In this document: in pieces, positions 37,511 to 47,051 of the stretch
Numbering within the stretch: the first letter of the stretch is position 1
Layout of the letters: the number at the start of each line of letters is the position of its first letter
Assembly: GCA_015061865.1 (NCBI GenBank)
Contig: SUVU01000002.1
Span: 4,243-68,242 of the forward strand
Direction: 5' to 3'
Source: Lentisphaerota bacterium
GTDB taxonomy: Bacteria; Verrucomicrobiota; Lentisphaeria; Victivallales; Victivallaceae
Length of the DNA: 64,000 nt
Notes under the pieces: generated by a model
Databases searched by the model: none
What the model saw: only the letters and a program-made list of their open reading frames with translations
What the model was told of the DNA's origin: nothing
Program-made: the position numbers and the translations under genes

Positions 37511-38065
37511 ATGTTATGCGAGAAATGCAAAAAAAATGAAGCCACTGTTCACATGACCCACTATGTATCCGGTAAAAGTGTGACCAAACATCTGTGCGAT
37601 GAGTGCTTCCGTAAAGAAAACGAAAACTCGCCCGTCGAAAATTTCGGCAGCAGTTTTGCTGAAATACTTTTTAACATCAAAAAATTCGCCAGCACCGTAA
37701 AGACCGCCGCTGAAGCGGCTGACACTGCCGACAGCGGCCCGGAATGTCCACGCTGCGGATTGTCATTGAACAAACTCCGCAATTCCAACGGTCAACTTGG
37801 CTGTCCGGAGTGTTATCAGACTTTTAAGGTCATGATCAAAGACACCATCGCCAATATTCAAAGCGGCACGATCCATCTGGGCAAACGCCCTCCGTCCAAA
37901 AAAGCCGTAACTCCGGCACTGCGGGAGGCGGAAATTGCCAAACTTCAGGAGGAGATAAAAAAACTTATTGCAGCAGAGGATTACGAAGCCGCAGCGGTCT
38001 GCCGCGACCGCATCACCGCCTTGCGCACTGCAGAAGAATCGGACCATGACGGAGGCGAAGCATGA
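37511..38065 (+). CDS. mcsA: McsA-like protein (zinc ribbons plus UVR domain)
   Basis: CEKCKK...CDEC and CPRCG...CPECY Cys pairs. The UVR-type helix is IAKLQEEIKKLIAAEDYEAAAVCRDRI. Confidence 0.8.
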   Translation: MLCEKCKKNEATVHMTHYVSGKSVTKHLCDECFRKENENSPVENFGSSFAEILFNIKKFASTVKTAAEAADTADSGPECPRCGLSLNKLRNSNGQLGCPECYQTFKVMIKDTIANIQSGTIHLGKRPPSKKAVTPALREAEIAKLQEEIKKLIAAEDYEAAAVCRDRITALRTAEESDHDGGEA

Positions 38066-39132
38066 TTTACGACAATGTGGAAAACCTGCTTAACCGTCCG
38101 GTCACATTTCTGGATGAATCAGCGCCGGACAGTCAAATCGCCATATCCACCCGCATCCGGCTGGCCCGGAATCTGGCGGATCACCTTTTCCCCTCGCTGG
38201 CAACAGATGATGAATGTACTGCCGTCTGTGACACGATCACTGCGGCGGCAAAAAAGACCACGGCTTTAAGCAAAAGAAATGCCATGTGCTTCACCTCATC
38301 GGAACTGGATGATATCGACCGCAGTATTCTGCTGGAGCGCCGGCTCGCCAGCCCGGAATTTTTCACTGCCGTTCCCGGACGCAGAATATTGGTGTGTCCG
38401 CAGGAAGCATGTTCTCTGATGATAAATGAAGAGGATCAACTCCGGCTGCAAATCCTCCGCCCCGGACTGCAGCTGCGCAAGACCTGGCAGGAGATCAACC
38501 TGCTGGATGACCAGTTGGGCAAAGAACTTGACTTCGCATTCGACGATCAATTCGGTTTTCTGACCAGCTGTCCGACCAATGTCGGTACCGGCTTGCGGGC
38601 TTCGGTGATGCTGCATCTGCCGGCACTGGTGCTGACCGGTCAAATGGAAGCCACTTTGAAAGGTCTTGCCAAACTCCGTATCGAAGTTCGCGGGGTTTAC
38701 GGTGAATTGTCTGACAAATCCGGCAATCTTTTTCAAATTTCCAATCAAGTCACTTTGGGCGAAAGTGAATCCAGAATCATCGACTCGCTGGAAACGATCA
38801 TCAGGCAAATCATTGACAGTGAACTGCGCACGAGAAAAAAACTGCTGCAATCAGATCACAATGCTCTGCTGGATCAAATCGGCAGAGCATATGGCAGATT
38901 GCGTTATTGCTACACTTTGACCGAAAAAGAAGCTCTGGATTCGTTGTCCGGACTGCGTTTGGGAGTAGACCTGGGGCTGTTCAAAGATGTGAATATTGCC
39001 ATGATAAATGAGATGTTTACCGGCATTATGAATGGTCACTTGCAAAAACGTTACGGCAAAAAACTTACAACTGCGGAATGTGATATTTTCCGGGCGGTAT
39101 TCTGCCGGGAAAAATTGCGGCGCAGCGAATAA
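38062..39132 (+). CDS. mcsB: Protein arginine kinase McsB (ATP:guanido phosphotransferase)
   Basis: The phosphagen-kinase active site is CPTNVGTGLRASVM. A 4-nt overlap couples it to mcsA. Confidence 0.9.
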   Translation: MIYDNVENLLNRPVTFLDESAPDSQIAISTRIRLARNLADHLFPSLATDDECTAVCDTITAAAKKTTALSKRNAMCFTSSELDDIDRSILLERRLASPEFFTAVPGRRILVCPQEACSLMINEEDQLRLQILRPGLQLRKTWQEINLLDDQLGKELDFAFDDQFGFLTSCPTNVGTGLRASVMLHLPALVLTGQMEATLKGLAKLRIEVRGVYGELSDKSGNLFQISNQVTLGESESRIIDSLETIIRQIIDSELRTRKKLLQSDHNALLDQIGRAYGRLRYCYTLTEKEALDSLSGLRLGVDLGLFKDVNIAMINEMFTGIMNGHLQKRYGKKLTTAECDIFRAVFCREKLRRSE

Positions 39133-39209
39133 GTTCAACCGCTGATCCCTGAAAAAAACCATAAAACAGAAAAAATCAGCAAAAAAACATTTCTTTACCT
39201 GAAAAAAAC

Positions 39210-39237
39210 TTGCAAAAAATTTTTTTTATGGTAAATT
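39210..39237 (+). promoter_or_regulatory. Sigma70-like promoter: TTGCAA, 16-nt spacer with an extended TG, TAAATT
   Basis: Located in the AT-rich gap upstream of coaE. Confidence 0.4.
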
Positions 39238-39330
39238 ATGCGTAATCCAATCGGATTATCATCATTGTTTATTTTTCCCGGAACAAAAATAACTTCACTG
39301 CATTGAAGTATTTTCGGAGTTTGACACTTT

Positions 39331-39909
39331 ATGATTCTCGGCATTACCGGCGCATTCGGCAGCGGCAAAAGTTCTGCATTGCGTTATTTTGCATCCCATG
39401 CGTGGCATGCTTTTGATGCCGATGCCGTCTGCCGTGATTTTTACGAGCAGAAACACGCCGGACTCTTTGCAGCGGTACGGGAAAACTTTGGCGATGTGTT
39501 TACTGTCGATGGAGATATTGACAGAAAAAAATTGGGAATGGAAGTATTTTCCCACCCTGAAAAAATGAATATTCTGACCGGAATTCTGTATCCGCTGCTG
39601 ACAGAAAAAATGGTGGCGGACATACAGTTTTGCCGTCAGCAAAATATCAATGGTGCTTTTGAAATCCCGTTGTTGTACGAAGCGGGATTTGAGAAATATT
39701 TTGATGCCGTGCTGACCGTTTGGGTACCGCCGCAGTTGAGCAGAACCAGATTGTACGGCAGAAATTTTTCTGATGAGGAAATCACCAAAAGAACGCAAAT
39801 GCAGCTGGATGCCGGAATAAAATTGGAAAAGGCTGATTTTGCAGTCATCAATACCGGAAACCCGGCAGACATGACCAGCCAGCTGGACAAATTATTTGCC
39901 GGCTTCTGA
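39331..39909 (+). CDS. coaE: Dephospho-CoA kinase
   Basis: [16 protein letters not shown]-loop. 192 aa. Confidence 0.9.
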   Translation: MILGITGAFGSGKSSALRYFASHAWHAFDADAVCRDFYEQKHAGLFAAVRENFGDVFTVDGDIDRKKLGMEVFSHPEKMNILTGILYPLLTEKMVADIQFCRQQNINGAFEIPLLYEAGFEKYFDAVLTVWVPPQLSRTRLYGRNFSDEEITKRTQMQLDAGIKLEKADFAVINTGNPADMTSQLDKLFAGF

Positions 39910-39961
39910 AACTGATTATAATTTTTATTGTTACATATATGCGCTTATGAAAGGAAATCTT

Positions 39962-41680
39962 ATGAGCAACGAAAACGATCTGTTTCCGCAGATTCCTGAA
40001 AATGAACCCGCCCCGGCAGCTCCCCGGCGCCGCGGCCGTCCCCGCAAAGTAAAAAACGAAGAAGCCGAACCTGCTCCGGCTGAATTTACCAATCCCCCCG
40101 ATCCCACGGCTGTCATCGCCCCCGGAGTCCAGCAGCCGCTGCCGGAAGTTCCGGAAATGGAATACATCCCCCCTGCCCCGGCACCGGTTCAGGAAACCAT
40201 TGCTCCGGAAAACAGTGAAAACACTCCGCTTCCGGCAGAACCGCAAAATCAGCCCCACGACGGCAACCGGGACAACAACCGCAATAACGGAAATAATGGC
40301 AACAACAACCGCCGGGATCGTTTCCGCAAAAATAAAAACAACCGCAACAATCACCGCAACAACAATGCTGACCGGCACGAAATCGACGAGGAAAATCTGC
40401 CGCCGCCGGATCCCAATGCGCCCACGCTGAATATTACCGAATTGCAGAATAAATCCATCGTGGAACTGGCAGCTATGGGTGCTGAACTCGGCATTGAGGG
40501 CATCGGGGCTTTGGAAAAATCCACCCTGATTTGTGAAATTCTCCGTGCCAATGCCGAAAAATGCGGTCTGCTTTACGGCAGCGGCTATCTGGAAGTGCTG
40601 CCGGACGGCTTCGGCTTCCTGCGCTCCCCGACTTACAGTTATCTGCCATCGTCAGAGGATATTTATTTGAGCCCGTCGCAAATCAAACGCTTTGCGCTGA
40701 AAACCGGCGACTTCATCACCGGTCAGATCCGTTCCCCCCGGGAAAAAGAACGCTTCTTTGCCATGCTCAAAGTGGAATCGATCAACAATGATACCCCGGA
40801 ACGCAAAAAACAGATTATCCCTTTCAACAGTCTGGAGCCGTATTTCCCGACCCAGAGATTGCTTCTGGAGCGTGATCCGGCAGACTTCTCGACCCGGGTA
40901 TTTGATCTGGTAACTCCGATCGGCAAAGGTCAGCGCGGTTTGATCGTTGCCCCGCCGCGCACCGGCAAAACTGTACTGCTGCAAAAAGTTGCCAAAAGCA
41001 TCCGGGAAAACAATCCGGAAGTCACGTTGATCATTCTGCTGATCGACGAGCGCCCCGAGGAAGTGACCGACATGGAACGCATGATCGACGCCGAAGTGGT
41101 CAGCTCCACATTTGACGAACCGCCGGAACGCCATGCTCAAGTTGCAGAAATGGTCATTGAAAAAGCCAAACGCATGGTCGAATACGGCAAAGACGTCGTG
41201 ATCCTGCTGGACAGTATCACCCGTTTGGCACGGGCGTACAACACCTTGCAGCCGCACAGCGGCAAAATCCTCACCGGCGGTGTGGATGCCACGGCATTGC
41301 ATAAACCCAAACGCTTTTTCGGTGCGGCACGGAATATCGAAAATCACGGCAGTCTGACCATCATTGCCACGGCATTGATCGAAACCGGCAGCCGCATGGA
41401 CGATGTGATCTTTGAAGAGTTCAAAGGCACCGGCAATATGGAACTGCATCTGGATCGCAATGTATCCGACCGCCGTATTTATCCGGCGATCAACATTGAA
41501 AAATCCGGCACCAGAAAAGAGGAATTGCTCCTGCATCCGGATGAACTCAACAAAGTGTGGCTGTTGCGCAAAGCCGTCAATGGAGTTCCCCCGGCGGAGG
41601 CGATGGAAATGGTTCTCGGCAGATTGAAAAAGTGCCGCACCAATATCGAATTTCTGGTAACTCTGCAACCGGAACGCTGA
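39962..41680 (+). CDS. rho: Transcription termination factor Rho with a roughly 155-aa N-terminal low-complexity extension
   Basis: The canonical part starts at [15 protein letters not shown] and includes [12 protein letters not shown], Walker A APPRTGKT and the C-terminus. I chose the ATG at 39962 (AAGGA SD). The ATGs at 39947 and 39896 are alternatives. Confidence 0.9.
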   Translation: MSNENDLFPQIPENEPAPAAPRRRGRPRKVKNEEAEPAPAEFTNPPDPTAVIAPGVQQPLPEVPEMEYIPPAPAPVQETIAPENSENTPLPAEPQNQPHDGNRDNNRNNGNNGNNNRRDRFRKNKNNRNNHRNNNADRHEIDEENLPPPDPNAPTLNITELQNKSIVELAAMGAELGIEGIGALEKSTLICEILRANAEKCGLLYGSGYLEVLPDGFGFLRSPTYSYLPSSEDIYLSPSQIKRFALKTGDFITGQIRSPREKERFFAMLKVESINNDTPERKKQIIPFNSLEPYFPTQRLLLERDPADFSTRVFDLVTPIGKGQRGLIVAPPRTGKTVLLQKVAKSIRENNPEVTLIILLIDERPEEVTDMERMIDAEVVSSTFDEPPERHAQVAEMVIEKAKRMVEYGKDVVILLDSITRLARAYNTLQPHSGKILTGGVDATALHKPKRFFGAARNIENHGSLTIIATALIETGSRMDDVIFEEFKGTGNMELHLDRNVSDRRIYPAINIEKSGTRKEELLLHPDELNKVWLLRKAVNGVPPAEAMEMVLGRLKKCRTNIEFLVTLQPER

Positions 41681-41706
41681 TCCTGCCGGCAAGGAGATAA
41701 TATTAT

Positions 41707-42003
41707 ATGTTGAGCAAAGAAAACCGGGCGACTTTCTGGTGGGTGTTATTTATCATCATCGCTGTTGTGATGACGGTACTGTTTCTGCTGCCGCGTTACA
41801 AACAGCTGCATGAGGAACAGGCAAAGGTAAAAAAACTGCAATCGGAACTGACCAGGCTCCAACAGGAAAACACCCGTCTGCGTACTAAAGTTGATAATTT
41901 GCAGAACTCTCCGGCAGAGGTGGAACGGACTGCCAGAGAGAAGTATAACATGGCTCAAAAAGGTGAAACTGTATGGATTTCAGAATCTGAAAAGGAAAAA
42001 TGA
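41707..42003 (+). CDS. ftsB: FtsB/DivIC-family septum formation initiator
   Basis: A single N-terminal TM helix, a Leu-zipper-like coiled coil, and AREKYNMAQKGETVW. Confidence 0.75.
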   Translation: MLSKENRATFWWVLFIIIAVVMTVLFLLPRYKQLHEEQAKVKKLQSELTRLQQENTRLRTKVDNLQNSPAEVERTAREKYNMAQKGETVWISESEKEK

Positions 42004-42022
42004 TTTTTTTTCATTTTTACTA

Positions 42023-42051
42023 TTGCAAAAAATGCAATCGTTCCTTATATT
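42023..42051 (+). promoter_or_regulatory. Sigma70-like promoter: TTGCAA, 17-nt spacer, TATATT
   Basis: Located upstream of the LysM lipoprotein gene. Confidence 0.45.
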
Positions 42052-42067
42052 ATGATATTATCACTTA

Positions 42068-43072
42068 ATGGCACAAAATTTTAAATTCAGGAGGAAAAAC
42101 AAAGTGCGTAAAGTTACCTTTTTTGCAGTGGCAGCCGGTGCCGGAGTGCTTTTCACCGGTTGCGTCGATGATGTGATGCGCGATCGTCATTACATCCCGG
42201 CTCCGATTGACAACGTCCCGGTAGTTGAGACCACCCCGGTCGAACAGTCCCGGATCGAAAATATCGAAAAAACAACGAAACCTGTTGCAATCACTCCGTC
42301 CTATGAGCCGATGACCGATGCAGTTTCCTCCGGCGGCGTTGACAGTGCTTCTGCGGCTGCCGGCAGTTCCGTTTCCGGCAAAGGTGTTTACATCGTCAAA
42401 CGCGGCGATTACCCCGAACGCATTGCCCGCAAAAACAACGTCCGCTTGAGCGATTTGATGAAAGCTAATAACCTCAATGAAGCCTCTGCCCGCAGATTGC
42501 AGGTCGGTCAGAAACTGGTTATTCCGGACAAAAAAATCAGCGCTAAAAGCAGCGGCAAAAAAATTGGTAAAAAATCTGCCGTTTCCGGCAAAAACGCCTC
42601 TGCCCCGGCTCTTAACGATGGCAAATATGCGGTCAAAAAAGGTGATTCCCCGGAACGCATCGCCAGACGTTTCAAAGTCAAAGTTTCTGACTTGATGAAA
42701 GCGAACAACCTCGATGAAGCCGCCGCCCGCAGACTGCAGGTCGGTCAGAAATTGGTCATTCCCGGCAAATCCGGTGCCGCTGTCAGTACCGCTGATATTC
42801 CTCCGGTAGAAAAAAACACCCCGGTTGTCACGGGTGAACAGACTGAACCCAAAAATGCTCCTGCGGTCACAGAACAGACCAAAGAAGAAAACAGCGTTGA
42901 CACCGCCACATCTGATGACACAACGGCAATCGAACTTACCAAAGATATGACCTGGGCGGAAATTTCAGCTGAATACAACGTTCCGGAACCGGTATTGCGC
43001 AAACTCAATGTCGGAATTGAAGGCAACACGCTTACCAAAGACTCGCTGGTCATTATTCCGGCAAAAAAGTAA
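42068..43072 (+). CDS. LysM-repeat lipoprotein (three LysM domains)
   Basis: Lipobox LFTGC. Two near-identical LysM domains (YxVKxGDxPERIAR...LQVGQKLVIP) are followed by a third, divergent one. Confidence 0.85.
   Translation: MAQNFKFRRKNKVRKVTFFAVAAGAGVLFTGCVDDVMRDRHYIPAPIDNVPVVETTPVEQSRIENIEKTTKPVAITPSYEPMTDAVSSGGVDSASAAAGSSVSGKGVYIVKRGDYPERIARKNNVRLSDLMKANNLNEASARRLQVGQKLVIPDKKISAKSSGKKIGKKSAVSGKNASAPALNDGKYAVKKGDSPERIARRFKVKVSDLMKANNLDEAAARRLQVGQKLVIPGKSGAAVSTADIPPVEKNTPVVTGEQTEPKNAPAVTEQTKEENSVDTATSDDTTAIELTKDMTWAEISAEYNVPEPVLRKLNVGIEGNTLTKDSLVIIPAKK
42380..42770 (+). repeat. Intragenic tandem duplication encoding LysM domains 1 and 2
   Basis: The stretch gatttgatgaaagctaataacctcaatgaagcc...cgcagattgcaggtcggtcagaaactggttattccgg recurs about 235 nt later with few substitutions. 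Confidence 0.8.
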
Positions 43073-43076
43073 TTCT

Positions 43077-43694
43077 ATGAAGTTTCTCATCAGTGCCGGA
43101 CCGACCAGAGAAAAGATCGATCCGGTACGTTTCATTACCAATTTTTCCAGCGGACGCATGGGGTATGCGATTGCCAATGCGGCGAGCTGTCTGGGACATG
43201 AAGTCACACTTGTTTCCGGTCCGGTAACATTGCCGGAACCGGAAAACGTCAGGACGATCCATGTGGAGTCTGCGGCAGAAATGGCAGCGGCGATCCATGC
43301 AAATGCTCCTGATGCCGATGTGATCATCATGGCGGCGGCAGTAGCGGATTACCGTCCTGCCAATCCGGAAACGCATAAAATGAAAAAAATGCCCGGAGAG
43401 TTGGTGTTGAAACTGGAACGTACCGAGGATATTCTGGCATCATTAGGCAAAAACAAACGTGCTGACCAGATTCTGGTCGGTTTTGCCGCAGAAACTGATG
43501 ATCTGGAACAGAACGCATTGGGAAAATTACAACGCAAAAATCTGGATTGGATCGCCGCCAACTGGGTCGCTGACGGTTTTGGCACCGACACCAACGCCCT
43601 GCTGCTGCTCTGCCGAGATGGACGCAAGGTGATATTACCAAGTGCAGAAAAAGCTGTTTTAGCCGGAAAAATGCTTGATACGATATTGTCATGA
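43077..43694 (+). CDS. coaB: Phosphopantothenate--cysteine ligase (standalone CoaB domain)
   Basis: ISAGPTREKIDPVRFITNFSSGRMG. At 205 aa there is no flavoprotein CoaC domain. The start was trimmed to MKFLIS (ATG at 43077). Confidence 0.8.
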   Translation: MKFLISAGPTREKIDPVRFITNFSSGRMGYAIANAASCLGHEVTLVSGPVTLPEPENVRTIHVESAAEMAAAIHANAPDADVIIMAAAVADYRPANPETHKMKKMPGELVLKLERTEDILASLGKNKRADQILVGFAAETDDLEQNALGKLQRKNLDWIAANWVADGFGTDTNALLLLCRDGRKVILPSAEKAVLAGKMLDTILS

Positions 43695-44584
43695 AAAAAA
43701 ACTCCATCGAATTTTTTGACCGGGAGTCCGGCAAAATCTGTACCGAGACGGTAATGGGGGACGGCGCGCTGCGCTTTGCCTATAACACGTTGGCGGGCAG
43801 AGCATTATGGGGATTCCTTTTCAACAGTTCACTGCCGTCAAAATTAATGGGGAAATATTACGACAGCCCCAAGTCCCACAAAAAAATCCCGCAGTTGGCA
43901 AATTTACCGGGATTGCGTCTGAATGAAGCGGAAAAATCGTGGCAGGAGTATGGTTCTTTCAACGATTTTTTCACCCGCAAACTGAAACCGGGAATGCGCC
44001 CGTTTGTCGCTGATGAAAACGTGGTCTGCTCCCCTGCAGATGGCAGATTGCTGGTTTACCCCGATGTTGATAAAACGGCCAAAATCCCGGTCAAAGGTGC
44101 CGTGAGATCGCTGGAAACTCTTTGCGGTCAATCACTTGATGCCAAACGCTATCACGTTGCTGTATTCCGGCTGGCACCGGTGGATTATCACCGTTTTCAC
44201 TATCCGTGCGATTGTGAACAAGCCGCCCCTGCCCGCCTGATCCCGGGCAAATATCACTCGGTCAATCCGATCGCGTTTTATAAGGCCCCGGATGTGTTTG
44301 TGGAAAACGCCCGCACAGTAACGGAATTAACTCATCCCCAATTGGGCAAATTTCTCTATCTGGATGTGGGAGCATTCGGCGTGGGTTCCATCATGCAAAC
44401 CGCTTCGACCGGACACCATGCTAAAGGTGATGAAAAAGGTTACTTCAAATTCGGCGGATCAACGGTAATTTTGCTGTTTGATGCAGATAAGTTTGCCTTT
44501 GATGCCGATTTACTGACTCACTCCGCCGGCGGCATGGAAACGCTCATCCGTTGCGGTGCATCCATCGGCACGATTATTGAATAA
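43691..44584 (+). CDS. psd: Phosphatidylserine decarboxylase proenzyme
   Basis: Motif LAPVDYHRFHYP and the self-cleavage site FGGST. An ATGA overlap couples it to coaB. Confidence 0.85.
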   Translation: MKKNSIEFFDRESGKICTETVMGDGALRFAYNTLAGRALWGFLFNSSLPSKLMGKYYDSPKSHKKIPQLANLPGLRLNEAEKSWQEYGSFNDFFTRKLKPGMRPFVADENVVCSPADGRLLVYPDVDKTAKIPVKGAVRSLETLCGQSLDAKRYHVAVFRLAPVDYHRFHYPCDCEQAAPARLIPGKYHSVNPIAFYKAPDVFVENARTVTELTHPQLGKFLYLDVGAFGVGSIMQTASTGHHAKGDEKGYFKFGGSTVILLFDADKFAFDADLLTHSAGGMETLIRCGASIGTIIE

Positions 44585-44606
44585 CTGAATAATAAGGGCT
44601 GGGGGA

Positions 44607-45683
44607 ATGAAGTGTCCTCGTTGTGAGCAAAAACTTCAAAAAGAGTTATTCTCCGGCATAATCCGTTACTCGTGCCCTCACAATCATGGCAGTTTGACCA
44701 CATTTGCGGCATTACGAACTTTGCATGTCGATCCGGGTTCTCTCAATGAATTGTGGCGCAATGCCATACAAGGCAACTTCATTTACGGTGCCCCCTGCCC
44801 GCAATGCGGCAAAAAAATGCGGATGCTGGAACTTGCCGACGGTGAATTTCATTTTGATTTGGATATATGTATTTCCTGTCAAACCGTGTGGTTTGACCAT
44901 GGAGAAGCCGAACATCTTCCGGTACTGCCCCCTGAAGAAACAGAAAACCTGCCGCAGCGTGCCAAAGAGATTCTGGCAGAATATCAAACCCGGCAGCTTG
45001 CCGATAAAACAGATAACGACAGTAATACCCCGCCTGACTCTTGTTGGAAAATTCTGCCGGCACTATTGGGTATGCCGGTAAAAACAGACCACCATCCGGT
45101 AATGCGCCGTCCCTATCTGACCTGGGGCATTGCGGCAGTATGTATCATCGTTTTTGCCGTCACATTCCGTAATTTGGAATTTTTCATCCGCAAATTTGGC
45201 TTCACACCGCAAAACTGGAGTGCCCTCGGCGGCATTACCATTTTAACGTCAGCATTTATACATGGCGACTTGGTACATCTACTTGGCAACACATATTTTT
45301 TGCTCGGTTTCGGCGGCAATGTGGAAGACGCATTCGGCAGACGCAATTACCTGATTCTGTTATTTACATCCGGACTTTTTGCCACTGCCACGTATGCTGT
45401 GTCTGCCAGAAATCCGGCGATACCGGTAATCGGAGCCAGCGGTTTCATATCCGGTATAATTGCCGCCTATGCCATCACGTTTCCCCGGGCAAAACTATCT
45501 TTTTTGATTCGCTGCCGCTGGATTTCGATATACACTTGGGTTGCATTTGCGCTTTGGGTCATATATCAGACTGTGGCATTTTTTGTAAATTACAATTCCC
45601 CGATAGCGTACGCCGCCCATCTCGGCGGCATGATACCGGGAATCGTATTCGCCATTGCATATAAAATACGCCGGAAACATTAA
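44607..45683 (+). CDS. Rhomboid-family intramembrane serine protease with N-terminal zinc ribbons
   Basis: Three Cys pairs: CPRC...CPH, CPQCG and CISC. Rhomboid motifs HGDLVHLLGN and GASGFISG are present. Confidence 0.8.
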   Translation: MKCPRCEQKLQKELFSGIIRYSCPHNHGSLTTFAALRTLHVDPGSLNELWRNAIQGNFIYGAPCPQCGKKMRMLELADGEFHFDLDICISCQTVWFDHGEAEHLPVLPPEETENLPQRAKEILAEYQTRQLADKTDNDSNTPPDSCWKILPALLGMPVKTDHHPVMRRPYLTWGIAAVCIIVFAVTFRNLEFFIRKFGFTPQNWSALGGITILTSAFIHGDLVHLLGNTYFLLGFGGNVEDAFGRRNYLILLFTSGLFATATYAVSARNPAIPVIGASGFISGIIAAYAITFPRAKLSFLIRCRWISIYTWVAFALWVIYQTVAFFVNYNSPIAYAAHLGGMIPGIVFAIAYKIRRKH

Positions 45684-45712
45684 ATGCTTCCGGCGCAACA
45701 ACGGCACAACGG

Positions 45713-46858
45713 TTATCTGGTATAACGCACTTCACCGCCGACGAGAGTTTTCTGCACGTTAAAATCTTTATCCAGCAGCACAATATCAGCCAGATACCCG
45801 GGCAGCAGATAGCCGCGATCAAGCAAGCCCAGCGATTTCGCCGCCGATGCCGAGGTCGAACGCACCACTTCACTCATCGGTAAACCGGTGACTTCGCAAA
45901 CATTTTTGAACGCTGTCGCCAACTGCAGCGTACTGCCTGCCAGCGCCCCGCCCTCTTTCAACCGTGCCGCACCGTCAGCCACCAGCACCGGCAAACCGCC
46001 AAGCGAATATTCACCGTCCGGCATCGCCGCCGCCCGCATGGCATCGGTGATCAAAACAACATGATCGGCGCCTTTGGTCTGGAACACCAACTTGATCATA
46101 TCCGGGCAGATGTGCAGTTTGTCGCAAATCAACTCCGCAAACACATCTTTATGCAGCAACCCCGCTCCGACCAGACCGATATCACGGTGGTGCAGCGGCG
46201 TCATCTGATTGCAAAAGTGCGACAAATTGCGCAAACCGGTATCATACGCCGCTTTGAAAACACTGTATTTTGCCGCACTGTGGGTACAGGACGGCACGAT
46301 CCCGGCATTGAGCATTTCCGCCACGAAATCCACGCCATTGGCTTCCTCAATGGCAAAAGTGATCTTTGCCACTGGAAACACCGCATTGAGCCGGGCAACT
46401 TCAGCGGCATCAGGTACCCGGACAAATTCCGGATTCTGCGCCCCGGCACATTTGACATTGATAAACGGTCCTTCCAGATGCACTCCGGGGATCCGGCAAC
46501 CGCTTTTCTGATCATACGCGGCAATTGCGCTCAAAGAATCTGCCAATTCCGTTTCACTGACCGTTAACGTCGTCGGCAGCAATGTGGTCACACCTTCCGC
46601 AAGTTTATTTACTGCGATCGCCGCAGAACCGGCGGCATCGCCGTCACAGAAGTCATAACTGTTTCTGCCGTGACAATGCACATCAATAAATCCCGGCACC
46701 GCAGTTGTGCCCTGCGCATCAATGACTTCAGCTCCGGCGGGAGCAGAGATTTTTCCGGCGGCGACCTGTACGATCTTGCCGTCACAAATCAAAATTGAGG
46801 CTTCCGGCATATCAACTCCGGGCGAAACCAGGCGGCAACCAGTGATCAAAGTATACAT
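45713..46858 (-). CDS. nagA: N-acetylglucosamine-6-phosphate deacetylase
   Basis: Motif PGFIDVHCHG and amidohydrolase-fold motifs. The start was trimmed to MYTLI (ATG at 46858) behind an AAGGAGA SD. Confidence 0.85.
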   Translation of the reverse strand: MYTLITGCRLVSPGVDMPEASILICDGKIVQVAAGKISAPAGAEVIDAQGTTAVPGFIDVHCHGRNSYDFCDGDAAGSAAIAVNKLAEGVTTLLPTTLTVSETELADSLSAIAAYDQKSGCRIPGVHLEGPFINVKCAGAQNPEFVRVPDAAEVARLNAVFPVAKITFAIEEANGVDFVAEMLNAGIVPSCTHSAAKYSVFKAAYDTGLRNLSHFCNQMTPLHHRDIGLVGAGLLHKDVFAELICDKLHICPDMIKLVFQTKGADHVVLITDAMRAAAMPDGEYSLGGLPVLVADGAARLKEGGALAGSTLQLATAFKNVCEVTGLPMSEVVRSTSASAAKSLGLLDRGYLLPGYLADIVLLDKDFNVQKTLVGGEVRYTR

Positions 46859-46981
46859 GATTTTTTCTCCTTTGGAATTACAAAAATTCAATAATCTGAT
46901 TTAATTTAATACCACCGGGCTGATTATGCAACCACGCATACGCATAGTTTATGGACTTTCCGGTAAAAATTTCAAATCCGG

Positions 46982-47010
46982 TTGCAAAAAAAACGAATAC
47001 GGGCTATATT
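46982..47010 (+). promoter_or_regulatory. Sigma70-like promoter: TTGCAA, 17-nt spacer, TATATT
   Basis: Located in the divergent region between nagA and the nucleotidyltransferase gene. Confidence 0.45.
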
Positions 47011-47051
47011 GAGTATTGTACATGATCCTATAACCATATCAGGAGTAAAAA

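Noticed and set aside
40652-41692. 346-aa minus-strand ORF inside rho
   Set aside because: It is antisense to the conserved Rho ATPase core.
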